From IMG/VR virus record IMGVR_UViG_3300031994_000023, positions 77,780 to 141,779 of that record: a stretch of DNA of 64,000 bases; one strand, given 5' to 3'. A model generated the notes under the pieces. That model was not told the origin of the DNA, made no database searches, and saw only the letters and a list, made by a program, of their open reading frames with translations. A program made the position numbers and the translations under genes. Shown here piece by piece: positions 49,901 through 63,117 of this stretch (within the stretch, counting starts at the first letter, position 1; each line of letters starts with the position of its first letter). Source of the stretch: a virus (taxonomy: Duplodnaviria > Caudoviricetes).

Positions 49901-49953
49901 TTAATATCCCATCCCATTGAACCCCATTTTTTTTTATTCTGTTTTTACTTCAG

Positions 49954-50349
49954 TTATTTCTGAAAAGTTGCATATTCCCTTTTTTCATCCCACACCATAT
50001 CATATATGCCTATTGTTAAGTGGAATATGTTGTTTTCTTCTTCTAATTCGAAAGGTATGCTCTCTTTTGTGAGATAATTTGTTAGTTGTTTTATTTCATC
50101 TGTGATTGTACTTACTTGTAGTTGTATTGTGTCATCTATTACTTCGGTTGTGGCATTATTTTTTCCATTGCCTATTTTTTGTGTGGTGTATTGTTCTAGG
50201 TCATATATGGAATCCCAATACTCCTTATTTGCTCTTTGATAACGGATTATTTTTTGTTTTAGGGTGGTGATTAGGTTGTTTTCTTTTTTTGGATTCATCT
50301 TTAAATCAAATCTCCTACTCTCTTCTCTTTTATGAGGACTATTTGTCAT
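49954..50349 (-). CDS. Hypothetical protein
   Basis: 131 aa, GGAGG RBS. Confidence 0.6.
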   Translation of the reverse strand: MTNSPHKREESRRFDLKMNPKKENNLITTLKQKIIRYQRANKEYWDSIYDLEQYTTQKIGNGKNNATTEVIDDTIQLQVSTITDEIKQLTNYLTKESIPFELEEENNIFHLTIGIYDMVWDEKREYATFQK

Positions 50350-50640
50350 CCTCCTTATTTTTTTTTTATTTTTCTGTTATTTTGTGTAGTGGTATTGTAC
50401 CCATGTATTCTACTTTTTCTTTGGGTAAGTTCCATTCGATTTTTGTTTTAAGTGAGTTGTTGTTTATTGTGGTTATTAATCCATATTCATTTGTTGTTTT
50501 GATATTGTTTATTTTTTTCATAATAATTTGCACCTCATATTATAGTTTATAATAAAGTATATTGTGTTTATTTCATTTTAATTTATTGGATGGGAGAAAC
50601 ATTGAATTCTTCATATCTCTTCTCCTTTTGGGCGAAATTC

Positions 50641-51069
50641 TTATTCTGCTTTTTCTGTTTGTAGTTGTAATTCTGTTAAGGGTTTGTTGGAGAATCTGTC
50701 TTTTATGTTGTGATGTATTGTGAATTTCATGTAATTCTGTGATGCATTTTTGAAGAAGAGTTTAGGTACTATGAAGGAATGTCTTCTCTTGTCTGGTTTA
50801 TTTTTGGGTGTGCCTACTTGTTGGTTGAGTCTTAGTTTCTTAGATAATACACTCCCATCCGGTTGCTCCGAGGTGATGTATATTTTATTGTTTTCTTTGT
50901 ACATGTAGATATGGGTCTTCGCTCCAAGTAATTCAATGATGTTGTAGTCTATGAGTAATGTGTAGTTGTGGTATGTGTATTTTTCTCCGTTGGTTCGTGT
51001 TCTTTTTTGTGATATTGTATATATTTTTTCTGTGATGGTTGTTATGTTATTGTTTTGTTTTTTTGTCAT
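50641..51069 (-). CDS. Hypothetical protein, possibly tandem AbrB-like DNA-binding
   Basis: Two Y/H-x-x-I-[DP]-x-x-hydrophobic beta-alpha units; basic. Confidence 0.4.
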   Translation of the reverse strand: MTKKQNNNITTITEKIYTISQKRTRTNGEKYTYHNYTLLIDYNIIELLGAKTHIYMYKENNKIYITSEQPDGSVLSKKLRLNQQVGTPKNKPDKRRHSFIVPKLFFKNASQNYMKFTIHHNIKDRFSNKPLTELQLQTEKAE

Positions 51070-51116
51070 TGTACTTTCATGCCTCTTTTATATTATCTTT
51101 TTTTTGTGGGGGGTTG

Positions 51117-51422
51117 TTACCATACGTTATTGTCTATTATGAGTACTACTTCTTTGTTGGCGGGTATTATTATGTCCATGATTGTTTGGGTCATTGTTGT
51201 GTATAATGTTATTCTTTTGTCTTCTTGGTTCTGTTTTTGTATGGTTATTTTGGCTATTTTGTAGTGGTATGATTGGATGTTGTCTATTAGTAGAGTTATA
51301 GTGAATGGTTGTGTTTTATTATAGTTGCTCTGTATATGTTTGATTGTTGTGGGTGTTGTGTTTTGTATTTTAATATAAGGTGGGTGTTGTATTTTGATGT
51401 TTTGTATTTCTTTTAGTGTCAT
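51117..51422 (-). CDS. Hypothetical protein
   Basis: 101 aa behind an AT-rich promoter-like region. Confidence 0.5.
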   Translation of the reverse strand: MTLKEIQNIKIQHPPYIKIQNTTPTTIKHIQSNYNKTQPFTITLLIDNIQSYHYKIAKITIQKQNQEDKRITLYTTMTQTIMDIIIPANKEVVLIIDNNVW

Positions 51423-51818
51423 CTTCGTTCTTTGCTCTTATTCTTTTTTTTGTACAAATTTGTATATATACTTTAGGTATATAATATTATTTATACTACA
51501 ATAACATATATATACTTTATCATAAAACATAAAAAAAACAACATAATACAAAAAAAGCAGTAAAAAAAGAACCACAAACTTTATAAAACACAAAAAATAA
51601 AACAAATAACTGTGATAACAACAAATATCACATCCCCTATCGATAGGAAATTCGTTTTTAAATCAATCTCCAGAGAAGAAGATAGCGTCCTTTCTTTACA
51701 ATTTTTATAACGCCATCTCCAAAACATAACGGTATAAAAAAAACAAGAACAAGAGTAAGACTACCTTCTCCTCAATGGAGACCACAATCCCCACCCAAAA
51801 AAAAAATAGCAGACAAAA

Positions 51819-52217
51819 CTAATTTTTAGGAACAATCCTCACAGTCTTAGAAAAATCCTTAACCATGATGAAACGACCATCACTACTTCTAAAATCAACA
51901 TGACCCATAAACAAAGTAGTACCCTCAACACCACACAATTTCATTGCCAAACCCACAATATAATCAACAGAATCATCTCTCAACAAACCACGAACAGACA
52001 AATCATAAACAGTCTTAAGAACCAACCTATACGCCTTAGACAACGGCTCAAAATAATACTTGCTATCTGACAACTTCAAATAAAAGGAATACACCACATT
52101 AGAAAAAGGTTCGGGACGATTCTCATAAACAGACCTTAAATAATTCAAATTATCACCCAAAACATTCAAATTTAAAACATTCAAAATAACATCTTCATTT
52201 TTAAAAGTAATCACCAT
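51819..52217 (-). CDS. Hypothetical protein
   Basis: 132 aa with GGAG RBS; divergent from nrdD. Confidence 0.5.
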   Translation of the reverse strand: MVITFKNEDVILNVLNLNVLGDNLNYLRSVYENRPEPFSNVVYSFYLKLSDSKYYFEPLSKAYRLVLKTVYDLSVRGLLRDDSVDYIVGLAMKLCGVEGTTLFMGHVDFRSSDGRFIMVKDFSKTVRIVPKN

Positions 52218-52613
52218 TTATTAACAGCACTCCTATAACAATTCTCTTTTTCATTAAAAAAAATAATAATAATTCTGCAATACTATGTGTATACAAACTA
52301 AATTTTACGAGAACATAAAAAAAGCAATTCGTTCCCACACCATAAAACCAACTCCCAAAAAAACAAAACAAAAAACACCTAAAAACAAAAACAATCCCAA
52401 AAAAACAACACAAAAAGAAACACACAACCACCAAAAAAGTTCAATAACACACAAACCAATTCTAAAAATTAAAACAAACAACATAAACTAATAAAGCAAT
52501 CAAATAAAAAAAGACACCCCACAAAAAAAAAACAATCCACCTCCCACAACACCAAAAAAAGAGGGGAAACGAACAAAAGATGGGGCAAAAAAAAGAAATA
52601 TAGGAAAAAAAGC

Positions 52614-54671
52614 ATGATAAATACAAGAACAATCAAAGTAAGAACAAACAAAGACACAATAGAACAATTCGACAAAAACAAAATAACAGAAACACTAACC
52701 CGAGAAACACAAACCACACCAAAACTCGCGAAAAAAATAGCAACAGACATCGAAAACATACTACAAAACATAGACCTAAACTATGTAACAAGCCCCATGA
52801 TACGAGAACTAACCAACGCAAAACTCATGGAAAACGGACTAGAAAGCCTAAGACGAAAACACACCCGAATGGGAATGACATCATACGACATAGAAAACCT
52901 AATCAACAATGGAAACAGAGACAACGCCAACATGATGCAAAACCCAGAAACAATACACAAATACGTAGCCGACGAATCACTCAAACAATACACACTACTA
53001 AACATACTACCACACAACCTCGCAGACGCACACCTCAACGGCGACCTACACATACACGACTTAGACTACTTCGCAAGCAGACCACTAAACTGCCTCCAAC
53101 ACGACCTACGATTATTCATCAAATACGGATTAAAAGTAGACGGAACAGGAGACCACACAAGTATTGCACGACCACCAACACACATGGAAACAGTAATGAA
53201 CCACAGTGGAGAAATACTACTCGCAGCTCAACAGAACATGAGTGGAGGACAGGCATTCAGTCTATGGAACGTATTCGTGGCACCATTTGCACACGGATTA
53301 CCATACGAACAAATAGAACAATGCGTTGAAATGTTCATATACAACCTAAACATGGCATATGCAGCACGTGGAGGACAAGTACCATTCACAAGTGTAGGAT
53401 TAGAATTCACAGTACCAGACTTCCTCAAAAACGAAACAGCATATGGACCAGGAGGAAAAGCGTGCGGAGTATATGGAGACTATGAAAAAGAAGTAAGACT
53501 CATACAAAGAGCGTTCACAGAAGTACTATTAAAAGGAGATGCCAATGGAAAACCACACCTCTTCCCAAACACAATATATTACTTAAGAGAAGAATGCCTT
53601 AAACCCGAATTTGAAGAAGACATTGACAGAGTACATTACTTATCCGCCAAGTTCGGAACTGCCTACTACATCAACATGCTCCCCGAGTACATGGGCAAAC
53701 ACGCAAATTATATGGGTTGCAGAACAAGACTCTCAGATAACTGGACTGGAGACTGGGAAACAGACACACTCCGTTGTGGAAACCTTGCATATGTTACATT
53801 AAATCTTCCACGATTAGCGTACAGAGCCAAGGACGAAACACAGTTATTTGATTTACTAGATGAACAGTTAGAAAACGCACAGAACATCCTATTAACCCGT
53901 AGAGAAAGGGCAATGAAATGCTTGAACGAATATAAATTATTACCTTTCCTCACACAAGAGTTTGAAGGTAAACCTTATTACCAAGTGGAAAACAGTACTT
54001 TGTCTTTTGGATTTGTAGGATTAAATGAAATGTTAATCAGTCTCACAGGTAAAGGTGTAGCCGACCCTAATAGTAACAAATTAGGACATAAAGTAATTGA
54101 TTACATTAATGACCATATTAATACCTTGAAGAGTGAAACACCCTACCGTTGGAGTATAATACAAACACCCGCAGAAAGTACTGCTTACCGATTTGCAACG
54201 ATGGATAGAAAAATGTACCCTGACAAGGCAATATACAATGGTGGAACGGAAGCAAGTTATTATACGAATAGTAACCACTTACCAGTAGACACAGAACTTT
54301 CATTACCTGAAAAAATAAAAATAGAAAGTGAATACCATCCAAAAACCCAAGGTGGACACATATTCCATGCATTCATGGGAGAATCCTACAGTGACCCAGA
54401 GAGCCTAAGAAGTTTGACTGATAAAATATGTCATAACAGTGACATTGGATTCTGGGCATACAGTAGTGCATTATCCTATTGTAACAAATGTGGAACATTA
54501 ATGAAAGGATTGCAAAACAATTGCATACATTGTGGAGAAACAAAAGAAGTAGAATGGTACGACCGTATCACAGGATATGTACAGCAAGTGGGACATAGCC
54601 AAAGTGCAAGTGGTGGATGGAATAAAGGTAAAAAACAAGAGTTAATTGATAGAAGAAGATTTGAACAATGA
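52614..54671 (+). CDS. nrdD: Anaerobic (class III) ribonucleoside-triphosphate reductase with ATP cone
   Basis: N-terminal ATP cone, HIHDLD, SGGQ, MGCRT, TPAES, YYTNS, CxxC..CxxC, glycyl-radical RITGY. Confidence 0.95.
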   Translation: MINTRTIKVRTNKDTIEQFDKNKITETLTRETQTTPKLAKKIATDIENILQNIDLNYVTSPMIRELTNAKLMENGLESLRRKHTRMGMTSYDIENLINNGNRDNANMMQNPETIHKYVADESLKQYTLLNILPHNLADAHLNGDLHIHDLDYFASRPLNCLQHDLRLFIKYGLKVDGTGDHTSIARPPTHMETVMNHSGEILLAAQQNMSGGQAFSLWNVFVAPFAHGLPYEQIEQCVEMFIYNLNMAYAARGGQVPFTSVGLEFTVPDFLKNETAYGPGGKACGVYGDYEKEVRLIQRAFTEVLLKGDANGKPHLFPNTIYYLREECLKPEFEEDIDRVHYLSAKFGTAYYINMLPEYMGKHANYMGCRTRLSDNWTGDWETDTLRCGNLAYVTLNLPRLAYRAKDETQLFDLLDEQLENAQNILLTRRERAMKCLNEYKLLPFLTQEFEGKPYYQVENSTLSFGFVGLNEMLISLTGKGVADPNSNKLGHKVIDYINDHINTLKSETPYRWSIIQTPAESTAYRFATMDRKMYPDKAIYNGGTEASYYTNSNHLPVDTELSLPEKIKIESEYHPKTQGGHIFHAFMGESYSDPESLRSLTDKICHNSDIGFWAYSSALSYCNKCGTLMKGLQNNCIHCGETKEVEWYDRITGYVQQVGHSQSASGGWNKGKKQELIDRRRFEQ

Positions 54672-55213
54672 AAAAAAAAGAGAAGGAACATAAGAAACCA
54701 CATACAATGAATATAAACTGTTATTCCTTATGTTATCTGCCATTTTTCCCCAATAACTTGGTGTATATTCTTTTTTAAGGTATAATTTTAAAGGTTTAAT
54801 AAACAATTTTTTTTAATACAAAAAACACAAGGTATCGGTTTTTTTTAAAAAAAATAAAAAAGACCTAACATACTAAAAGACTAAAAAAAATGTGATTAGA
54901 AACATTTTAGTGATTATACTTCACACTGAAGTACAATTAATATATATAATACCAGTAGTATATAAATATATTCCTGATTATAAGAAGTAGTAGCAAAAAC
55001 AAATAAAACGTGAAAAGAACATGAAAGAAAACAAAACCCCCGTAAACACAACAATAAAAGATGAACCCAACATCAAAGACGAAATAATCCTCACAAAACA
55101 AATTGACAATGAGGAGCATGCACATTTAGAACCAACAAAAATAACACACACAGAAACACGCCCTACAAAAATCCATGTAAACCTCTTCAAGAAATAGAAA
55201 AAAAATAAGCATT

Positions 55214-55456
55214 ATGTATGAAGAACCAATAATCGACGTAAACTTCAAAAAGAGCGATAAGAAATATTACTTATTATTCAAAACTCCCAAAAATATTGTG
55301 AAAAAAGTATCCAACCTAGAAAAAGTATTGCTCAAAAGAGTAAACAAAAACAAAACAATTCTAAACATAGAATATGACGAAGGTAAGAAATTAAACTATT
55401 CCTATGATAACATGCAATTAATTCTGTTAGAAAATATGGAGTTAAGTGTAGTTTAG
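55214..55456 (+). CDS. Hypothetical protein
   Basis: 80-aa ORF downstream of a TATA-like element. Confidence 0.5.
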   Translation: MYEEPIIDVNFKKSDKKYYLLFKTPKNIVKKVSNLEKVLLKRVNKNKTILNIEYDEGKKLNYSYDNMQLILLENMELSVV

Positions 55457-55805
55457 GGGATATTAGAGAGTGTATTCCCTTTTTTTATCTTTTTTTTTAT
55501 GGGAGTTGTTAGTTTAGCATTGGTCGGACATTAATACGTTTTTAAATTTTCAAGGGCGATAATGTGTTTTTTTATTTTTTGATTTTTAGGGATTTTTCTG
55601 TTTTTGTATTTTGCATTTTTTTCAATTAATTTTATAGGGTGGTGGGTGGTGTTTTTTCTGAAGGTTAAGGGATTATAGTTTGGTTTATAAAAAAATTATG
55701 TTTGATGTAGGGTAATTGATTTAAAAATGGTTTTTCTATAAGGTAACATTATTTATTTTAGAATAACCTTAAATTATTTGAGTATTTTAAAAAAAAAGTA
55801 GGGGT

Positions 55806-56909
55806 TTAATTAGTGGCTTTTATCAAATCTGATATGTCTTTTTGGGATTGGAATATTTTAACAATATCAGTTATTTTGTTAATGAAATAAAAGGCACATC
55901 TTGTTTTATCATCTTTATCAAAGAATACTAAAAATGAATCATAAATCCACATTTCATATTGTTCATTGAATTCGTGGGGGAATGTCTCGGTATCATAATA
56001 AAACCGGATTGTTTCTCCTTCTGAAATGGAATGAATTTGTTTGTCCATTTGATTTAATGAATCAATCAAACATTCTCCTAATTCATTTTCTAAGTCAAAT
56101 ATTATATTATCTTTGATTGAAAATGGAATAGATACATTTTCTGACAATTTTTCTGATTCTGATGCATTTTCTGTTTGATTAGGACATTTAAATTCAAAAA
56201 AGGCATCTTTCCATTTGGTTTTTAGTACATCTAAATCGGAATCAAGATAGTTTATTAGGGAATTTTCTTTAATGTTCTCAGTACTATATAATATTAGTTC
56301 ATCTTTCGCTTGAATCGTTTCTAACATGTTAAGTATGGGGACAATTTCGAAGTATTTTTCTTGGTTGTAGAATTCTAGTTCGTCTTTTTGTAAGATGTTG
56401 TCTTCATGTATTTTTTGATACATGTATTCGGAAATTTGAATGTATTTATCATTTTCTAATCCTTCATAGTGGGGTACTAATGGGTTTAGTGATTTTAAGA
56501 ATTCAAAAAATTGGTCTGCGTTGTAGGAACGATATTTTTGTTGCCAGTTTTTTGTTAGGTTTTCTAAGAATTCTGTTTGTTCTGTTTCGTCCATGCAATC
56601 TGATAATCCTATTACCCAGTTATGGTATTTGCCGTTACATTGTATTGGGTATCCATTTATTATTTCATTTGTGGAATTTATACTTGATTCGAAGTCCGTT
56701 CCTTCTTCTATTGATTCTAACATAGTAGTTATAGGGGTTAATTCGAATATGTCAATCATGTCTGAATCAACGTATTTTCTGAATTCCGTAGGGGTTAGAT
56801 GTGATTGTATGTTGTGTAGTAATGTTTCGTAGTCGATTTGTTGTTTGAGTTTTTTTTCAATGAACGTTTTTAATTCTTGTGTGTTTTGATATAATTTGGT
56901 GTATTTCAT
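55806..56909 (-). CDS. Hypothetical acidic protein
   Basis: 367 aa, AGGAG RBS, behind a promoter cassette; internal repeat FELTPI.TMLE / FEIVPI.NMLE. Confidence 0.7.
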   Translation of the reverse strand: MKYTKLYQNTQELKTFIEKKLKQQIDYETLLHNIQSHLTPTEFRKYVDSDMIDIFELTPITTMLESIEEGTDFESSINSTNEIINGYPIQCNGKYHNWVIGLSDCMDETEQTEFLENLTKNWQQKYRSYNADQFFEFLKSLNPLVPHYEGLENDKYIQISEYMYQKIHEDNILQKDELEFYNQEKYFEIVPILNMLETIQAKDELILYSTENIKENSLINYLDSDLDVLKTKWKDAFFEFKCPNQTENASESEKLSENVSIPFSIKDNIIFDLENELGECLIDSLNQMDKQIHSISEGETIRFYYDTETFPHEFNEQYEMWIYDSFLVFFDKDDKTRCAFYFINKITDIVKIFQSQKDISDLIKATN

Positions 56910-56944
56910 TTTTTTTCACTCCTTCCTTTCACAAATATTTTTAT

Positions 56945-56996
56945 TATAATACTTGTGGTATAATATATAGTATATACCATATAGTATTTAAAGGTT
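56945..56996 (-). promoter_or_regulatory. Repeated viral promoter cassette
   Basis: Minus strand CCTTTAAATACTATATGGTATATACTATATATTATACCACAAGTATTATA. Confidence 0.7.
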
Positions 56997-58392
56997 ATCC
57001 AAAAAAAAATATTAAAAAAAAAAAATTTTGAAGTGAATTAAAATGAAACTAATACAAAAAAAATAAACACTACATGGGTCTGGACAAACCATAAAAATAT
57101 CTCCCACAACAAAAAAAAACTCACTCAACATGGTCTAACAAAGAAGACAACTGAAACAAACGAAGCCCATTAACAACATCCCTAATCTGTTGCTCAGTAG
57201 GATTAACACCATACAACATTTTAACAGACTTAACAACATCCCCCAAAAGAGAATCCGTTAACTCAAAGGGACACGCCTCCAATTCAGATTTAACCCTATC
57301 TTCAAGAGTCATCAAATATCACCATCCTCCATAATTCGTTTCACATTTCTATATCAATATTCCTACCAACTTCTGCTTCAATATCTGGTAATACCTCATT
57401 GACAATAGTATAAACCGTTTCTGTGAACTCATCCGTGTAATACGGCGTGTTCCGAACCGTTGATAATACCATATCAAAAATTTCATCAGTTATCTCCCCA
57501 ACATCACTCTCATTATCTAATCTTTCAAGGGTATCGGTTAGGAGCATTATTTGGTATCCGAGTAAATTGTATTTATTGTTAATTTCTTTTATTTCGTCTA
57601 GTATTGTTTCATATTTTGTTTGGTTTTGCATGTTTTTCACCAACCTGCTTTTTCCAGTTTTTTTTACCAACATATTTCCATATTGTCTTGAAATATGCCA
57701 CCACTACGGTTTTTAAGTCTGAAGGTGAAACCTAAATCTTCATAATACGCTTTTATTTCTTCTTCCCATGTTTCGTATATTGTTCCATGGGGGTAAAATT
57801 TGCAGGATGTTTTACCTTCACTTGCTGATTTTTCTATCAGTTCATTTTGTAGGGTGTAAATGTCGTTGATTGTGTTTCCGTTTATTTTGTGGTTTTCAAT
57901 TTCTGTTTGGTATTTTTGTCTTAATTTTTGTGCATTTAACATGTGTGCTTTCCTCCAGTTTATGTTTTAGTATTTTTTAGGGGTGGGGGTGTTTAATCTA
58001 ATTCTCCCCTCCTCCTTTTTTTTATGATGTTTCTTCGGGGATTTGTGTTCCGAATGTGGTTGACATCATAAATTCGTTTTCATAGTATTTTTCACAGAAA
58101 TGTATTATCCATTGAGGATTGTCGGCTATTATGTTTAATCCGTCTAGTAGTTTGTTTAGTGGGATTTCTTCCGTGTTTATACTGAAGAATCCGTATTTGT
58201 CACAGTGGACATCTAGATTTACTTTGTGTAGTAAGTGGGATAATAGACGACATCTTTTATCACATTGGATTGTGATTTCACAATCGGATGTGATTATTAC
58301 ATCCAATTTTATGTCTAATAATCGTTCTATGCGGGTTATTGGGGTTATGGTTATTGTTGCCATTTTTCGTCACTCCTTGTTACACAAATAAA

Positions 58393-58446
58393 ATATTATA
58401 TTTGTGGTATAATATATAATATGTATCACATAGTATATAAAGGTTA
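58393..58446 (-). promoter_or_regulatory. Repeated viral promoter cassette
   Basis: Minus strand CCTTTATATACTATGTGATACATATTATATATTATACCACAAATATAATA. Confidence 0.7.
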
Positions 58447-60342
58447 CCAAACCACAACACCAAACAAACCACATCCCCAAAAAACTAAAAAAGCAACAGG
58501 ACATATAGAGTAACTATGAATAAACGAAACAAAAAAAAATATACATCAAAAATAACCAAAAGAACGTGCAAACAAACCACAACAAACCACAACAAATACA
58601 ATTAAAATAAACCATAAAAACAATAAAAAAAATATAAAAAAAGAATCAGATTATTCGGATGCCATACTAATCAATATATCATTTATCCTACGAATCTGCC
58701 GATTCAACTTCAAAATCTCATCACATTTAGACTTAATAACATCTTCATCCATAAGACAGAACATATCACACTCACTCAAAAAGTCTCGTTTAATAATCTG
58801 CTTCACTTTATTCTCTAACTCCCATTTACCTTTAACCAAATTTTTAACATATATAGTCACATCTTGACCTCCAACCACATGCTTCTCCACCAAATCACTA
58901 TATCTGACATCCACGCCTGCATGGTCATAAATGTTTTTCACTTTTTTTCCCTTATATTCATAGTCTATGTTTTTGTAGTAAATGTAAATATCATAAGGAT
59001 TCTGATGTACTGAACCCTTAGATGTGGATTTAATTATGAAATTTTGTTTATCATACTTGGGTTTGAGTCGACGGTAAGTTTTACCTTTGAATTTTATAGT
59101 AGTTGTTTTGTCATGGGTTAAATCCTTAAAGTTCTCTGTCTTTAATTTAAGTAATTTTTCACCTTTTTCGTTGATAATGTAAATGTTCTCTATTTTGTAA
59201 TAATTTTCGTTCACATTTATCAGAAAATAAGATAAAGCGATGGGAGATGTGAGTTCACTTTGGTTTTTGTGGTTCATTACTCTCCCTACTCTCCCTTCTT
59301 CATATTTTTCTATTATAATCTGTTCATATTTACTTATTGCCATTTTATGGGTGCCTCCTCTCTTTTTTTTAGTTGTTTTCTAGTCTTGATAATGTTGTGT
59401 CTATTTTTCGTGTGTGGTACAGTAATGTGTCTAATTGTTCATCTGTTAGTTCTTTGTTGCCGTCGATTATTTGTTTTAGTGTGTCTATGTTGTCTTTGTG
59501 TATTTCTATTATTTCTGTTATGGTTTCATCTGTGAGTGTAGGTTTGTGGTAATGTTCGCATGGTTTGTTTTCTAGGAATTGTAGGTTGTCGTCATGTTTG
59601 TTACAGTATTCTTTACTGAAACCTGATAGGGCGTATGGGTTGTGTATTATTTGATAATATTTACATGTTGTACATGTTTTTTCCATGATATTCTCCTCCT
59701 TAATATGGGGGTTAAGTTGGAACCTAACTTATGTTAGGTTCTACAGTGTTTATTATTATTTCATAGGTTAACCATTTTGGTTCTTTGTTCCATAGTGTGC
59801 CGTATTCGTTTTGGTCTTTTATGTATACGGTTTTTTGGAATTTTTGGGGTTGTCCTACTTCGGACATGAATAGATTTATGTCCAAATCTGCGTCTATTTC
59901 GTTGTCGAAGGCTTGTGCGATAATTAGTTGGTTTTGTGTTTTTAGTTTTTGTTTGTTGAATAGTGGTTTTACTTCGGTGATTATGTTTGTGTATTTGTCT
60001 CGTTGTAGGTCGAATTGTAGTGATTCATTGTTGTGTGATATTATTACTCGTTGTTTGATGTATTTTATGCCTTCAGGGTTGGCATATTGGCTTATCATTC
60101 TTATTATTTCCATTGTGTGTGGTCTCCCTTTTTTTATTTGTTTTGGGTTAGTCGTTTGGATAGTTCTTCTTCGTTTATTAGTTCTAGTTCGTATAATTTT
60201 AGGTTGTTTTGGATTTTTAGTTGTTTTATTGTTTCGTGTTGGTTGTTTATGTGTTGTTCCATGAGGTTTAGGGTGTGCATATCGAATGTTATGTTTACCA
60301 TTGTGGTTTTCTCTCCTTTTTTTGGGTGTTTGAAACTACCAT

Positions 60343-60396
60343 ATATAATATTAGTAGTATAATATTTAATATGTATCTTATAGTATATAAAGGTTT
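60343..60396 (-). promoter_or_regulatory. Repeated viral promoter cassette
   Basis: Minus strand CCTTTATATACTATAAGATACATATTAAATATTATACTACTAATATTATA. Confidence 0.65.
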
Positions 60397-62570
60397 ACAA
60401 TCCACAATAAAACAAAAAAAATAAAAACAAGAAAAACAAGAAAAAAAAGAAATCAAGGCAAATAAAACAAAATACCAAAAACAGTATCAACAGTACCCAA
60501 ACAAAGTAACACGAACAAAACACCAACAAAAATCAAATTCAAAGAAGTAGCCTCATCCAACGAATGGCAAAACACAGAAAACACCAACCTATCCACACAC
60601 AGATACAACACAGTAACTAAAAGCAAAGACACAATCAGACTAACACAACACTTAACAAACAAGAACATAACATCACACCTCTTTAAACTTTAACCTAAGG
60701 GGAGTACAACCATTATCCTCAGAATCAGAAACCATCTCAGAGAGCACCCAACCATCAGACATATACTTCCCAACAATCCTACTCAACTCATCCACATTCA
60801 AAACAACATTTCTAGTTGAATCATCTTTATCCCTCAACAAAATTTCAAAAAACTTATTATACCATGCATCAGGATAAATAATTATCTCAGGTTCCACCGT
60901 AAACAAATTTTTATGATGAGACAACACTCGACATAACCTGTGAGCTTCATCATAAGACTCATAATGTTTCATCATACTTTTTCACCTACCATTTCCTGTA
61001 ATACAAGTTCTAAATTATATAACTCATCCATATACGAATCTGAAAGTATGAGTATTTTATGCATAAAATTCTGTCCCCCATCCTTCAACAACTCTTCGGC
61101 TATTTCGAGCACTTTTCTACCTTCGTCTCCAGAATTAAGGTATTCTTGAATTAACAATTGTTTTGAATCAGTGTCGGCTAATGTTAATTCACCTACACAA
61201 AGTAGAATATCATCCACATCATGATTTTTATAGGTGATTGTTTCCACCAAATCTGCTCCTACTTTATCGGTATGAATATCCCATTCCTTTTCATGTAATA
61301 AAATTTCTTCTTTAGTATTTTCCATCATCTCAAAAAGTGATGGTGTTTCCTTAATGATTATTCTTATTGCTTGTTCAACATTACAATATGCAGTAGGGTT
61401 CAATTTCATCTAACCTCTATCTTTTTTTTTATTACCAGATTCATTTTCCATGAAAATCCGTACTTCTATCTTATTGTTATTATTGAGCATTATCCATGGG
61501 TACGGTTTTATTTGTTGTAAAAGGGAAGGATTTATTTTATCAGTGAAAATACTTAAATAGTTCTGTTCCATGTTCAACTGAATAGTTCCCTCGGTAGTAC
61601 CCTCAGAGTTTAACTGTTTTTCAATGTTATGTATTATATCATATGTTAAATTTAAGTTCTCGGATAATTGTTTTAATAAATTAGCAATGAGGGGTGTTGT
61701 TGTTTCTGCAACATTATCTCTCGGATAAGATAAAGTAGAAGTAATTTCTCTCTGTTGAGGATTATTAACTATTTTTTCATAATAATTAGGAACATCCGAC
61801 TCCAAAGACTTGCTCCTAATCTTATCATCCATCCATGCCATTACAAACCACCAAAAATTAATACCAAATTCTTATTCAATTCCTATCCTCTTTTTGAAGA
61901 GTTGTGTAAATTATGTAGAGTATACTAGTGATTAAAAGAGTTGCCTGAATAATTGATGTTAGCAAAAGTTTTTTGGAGACATCATTAGAAAAGGGATTGT
62001 TTAGAACATGTTCTGATGAGGATTGAAGATTATTCACAAAATATAATTCTACGTTTTCCATAAAATTATTTTTTGAAGAGTTTAGTAGTTGATTTATTTC
62101 TTGAGCATTCATGGTTATGGATTATGTTTAAAATAAAATTTACAATTTTCAAAAAAAAGGATAAGTAATGAATTAAACATGTAATTTTACAGATTCTGAT
62201 GCATGCCACATGTGCATATTTCCACCTACACATCGGGTAATACTAAGTCGTGTCCATTTTCCCGTGTCAAAATTTGCGTGTAATGGAAGTTTTTTCCAAA
62301 ATGTTGCGTTAAATTTTGTTTTTGCATCCGTGGAGAATTCTCCTCGGACTAATTCGGGTGGTTTGTAGTAAAAACCGTTTTCATCTTTGAATACTCGAAA
62401 TACGTGGACGGATATTAAATCGCCATTATCATAACAGAAATGGTATTCTAGTTTACCGTCGGCTAGATAGTCGTGGTATTCGTATTCTATGCATCCTGAG
62501 AAGTATGGTGTGTTTTTTTGGTCGTATATGATGTTTTTCATTTTCGGATTCTCCATTCATTTCCCACAAA

Positions 62571-62622
62571 ATATAATATTTGTGGTATAATATATAATAT
62601 GTATCCATTAGTATATAAATAT
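62571..62622 (-). promoter_or_regulatory. Repeated viral promoter cassette
   Basis: Minus strand ATTTATATACTAATGGATACATATTATATATTATACCACAAATATTATA. Confidence 0.7.
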
Positions 62623-63117
62623 TCCTTCAAAAAAAAAGAAAGAAAAAAGACACAAAACAATTACCAATACGATTTAACAAACCGTACATTCTTTGTTGCA
62701 CCTTTTACTTCTGTAATGTCTCTATTATACCCGTTTTCTTTCATTTTAATTCCTTTTTTGGATAATTCTTTTATTTCATAGGTATTTCGTCCATCATGGT
62801 GTAAACCATCTACGAATAGTTTACCATATTTTTCTTCATAAATGATAATGTCGTCCACACCTTGCCTACATTCGTCTATTGCGTCTTTTAGGGAGGTAAA
62901 TACTTTTTCTGAGTAACATTTGTATTTACCATCCCATAATCCGAGGATTCCTGTGATTACATATTGTTTATCGTCTTGTTTATTGTTGAATAAGTTAGTT
63001 AATTGTTCTTCTAATAGTTCTGCCATTAAATACCAATCATCATCTTCTAAACCTTCAAAATCGGAAGGTATTAATCCATATTCGTTGTATATTTCTTTTA
63101 CCATGTTTTTCACCTTC

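Larger units (their letters stand above)
57121..63113 (-). other. Array of small hypothetical early genes in short promoter-led units
   Basis: ORFs starting at left coordinates 57121, 57341, 57664, 58022, 58651, 59369, 59724, 60453, 60673, 60972, 61410, 61876, 62173 and 62661; most have RBS-like sites. Confidence 0.65.

Noticed and set aside
12152-54671. Inteins or introns in terL or nrdD
   Set aside because: Both have normal lengths and contiguous motifs, with no intein-like splice junctions.
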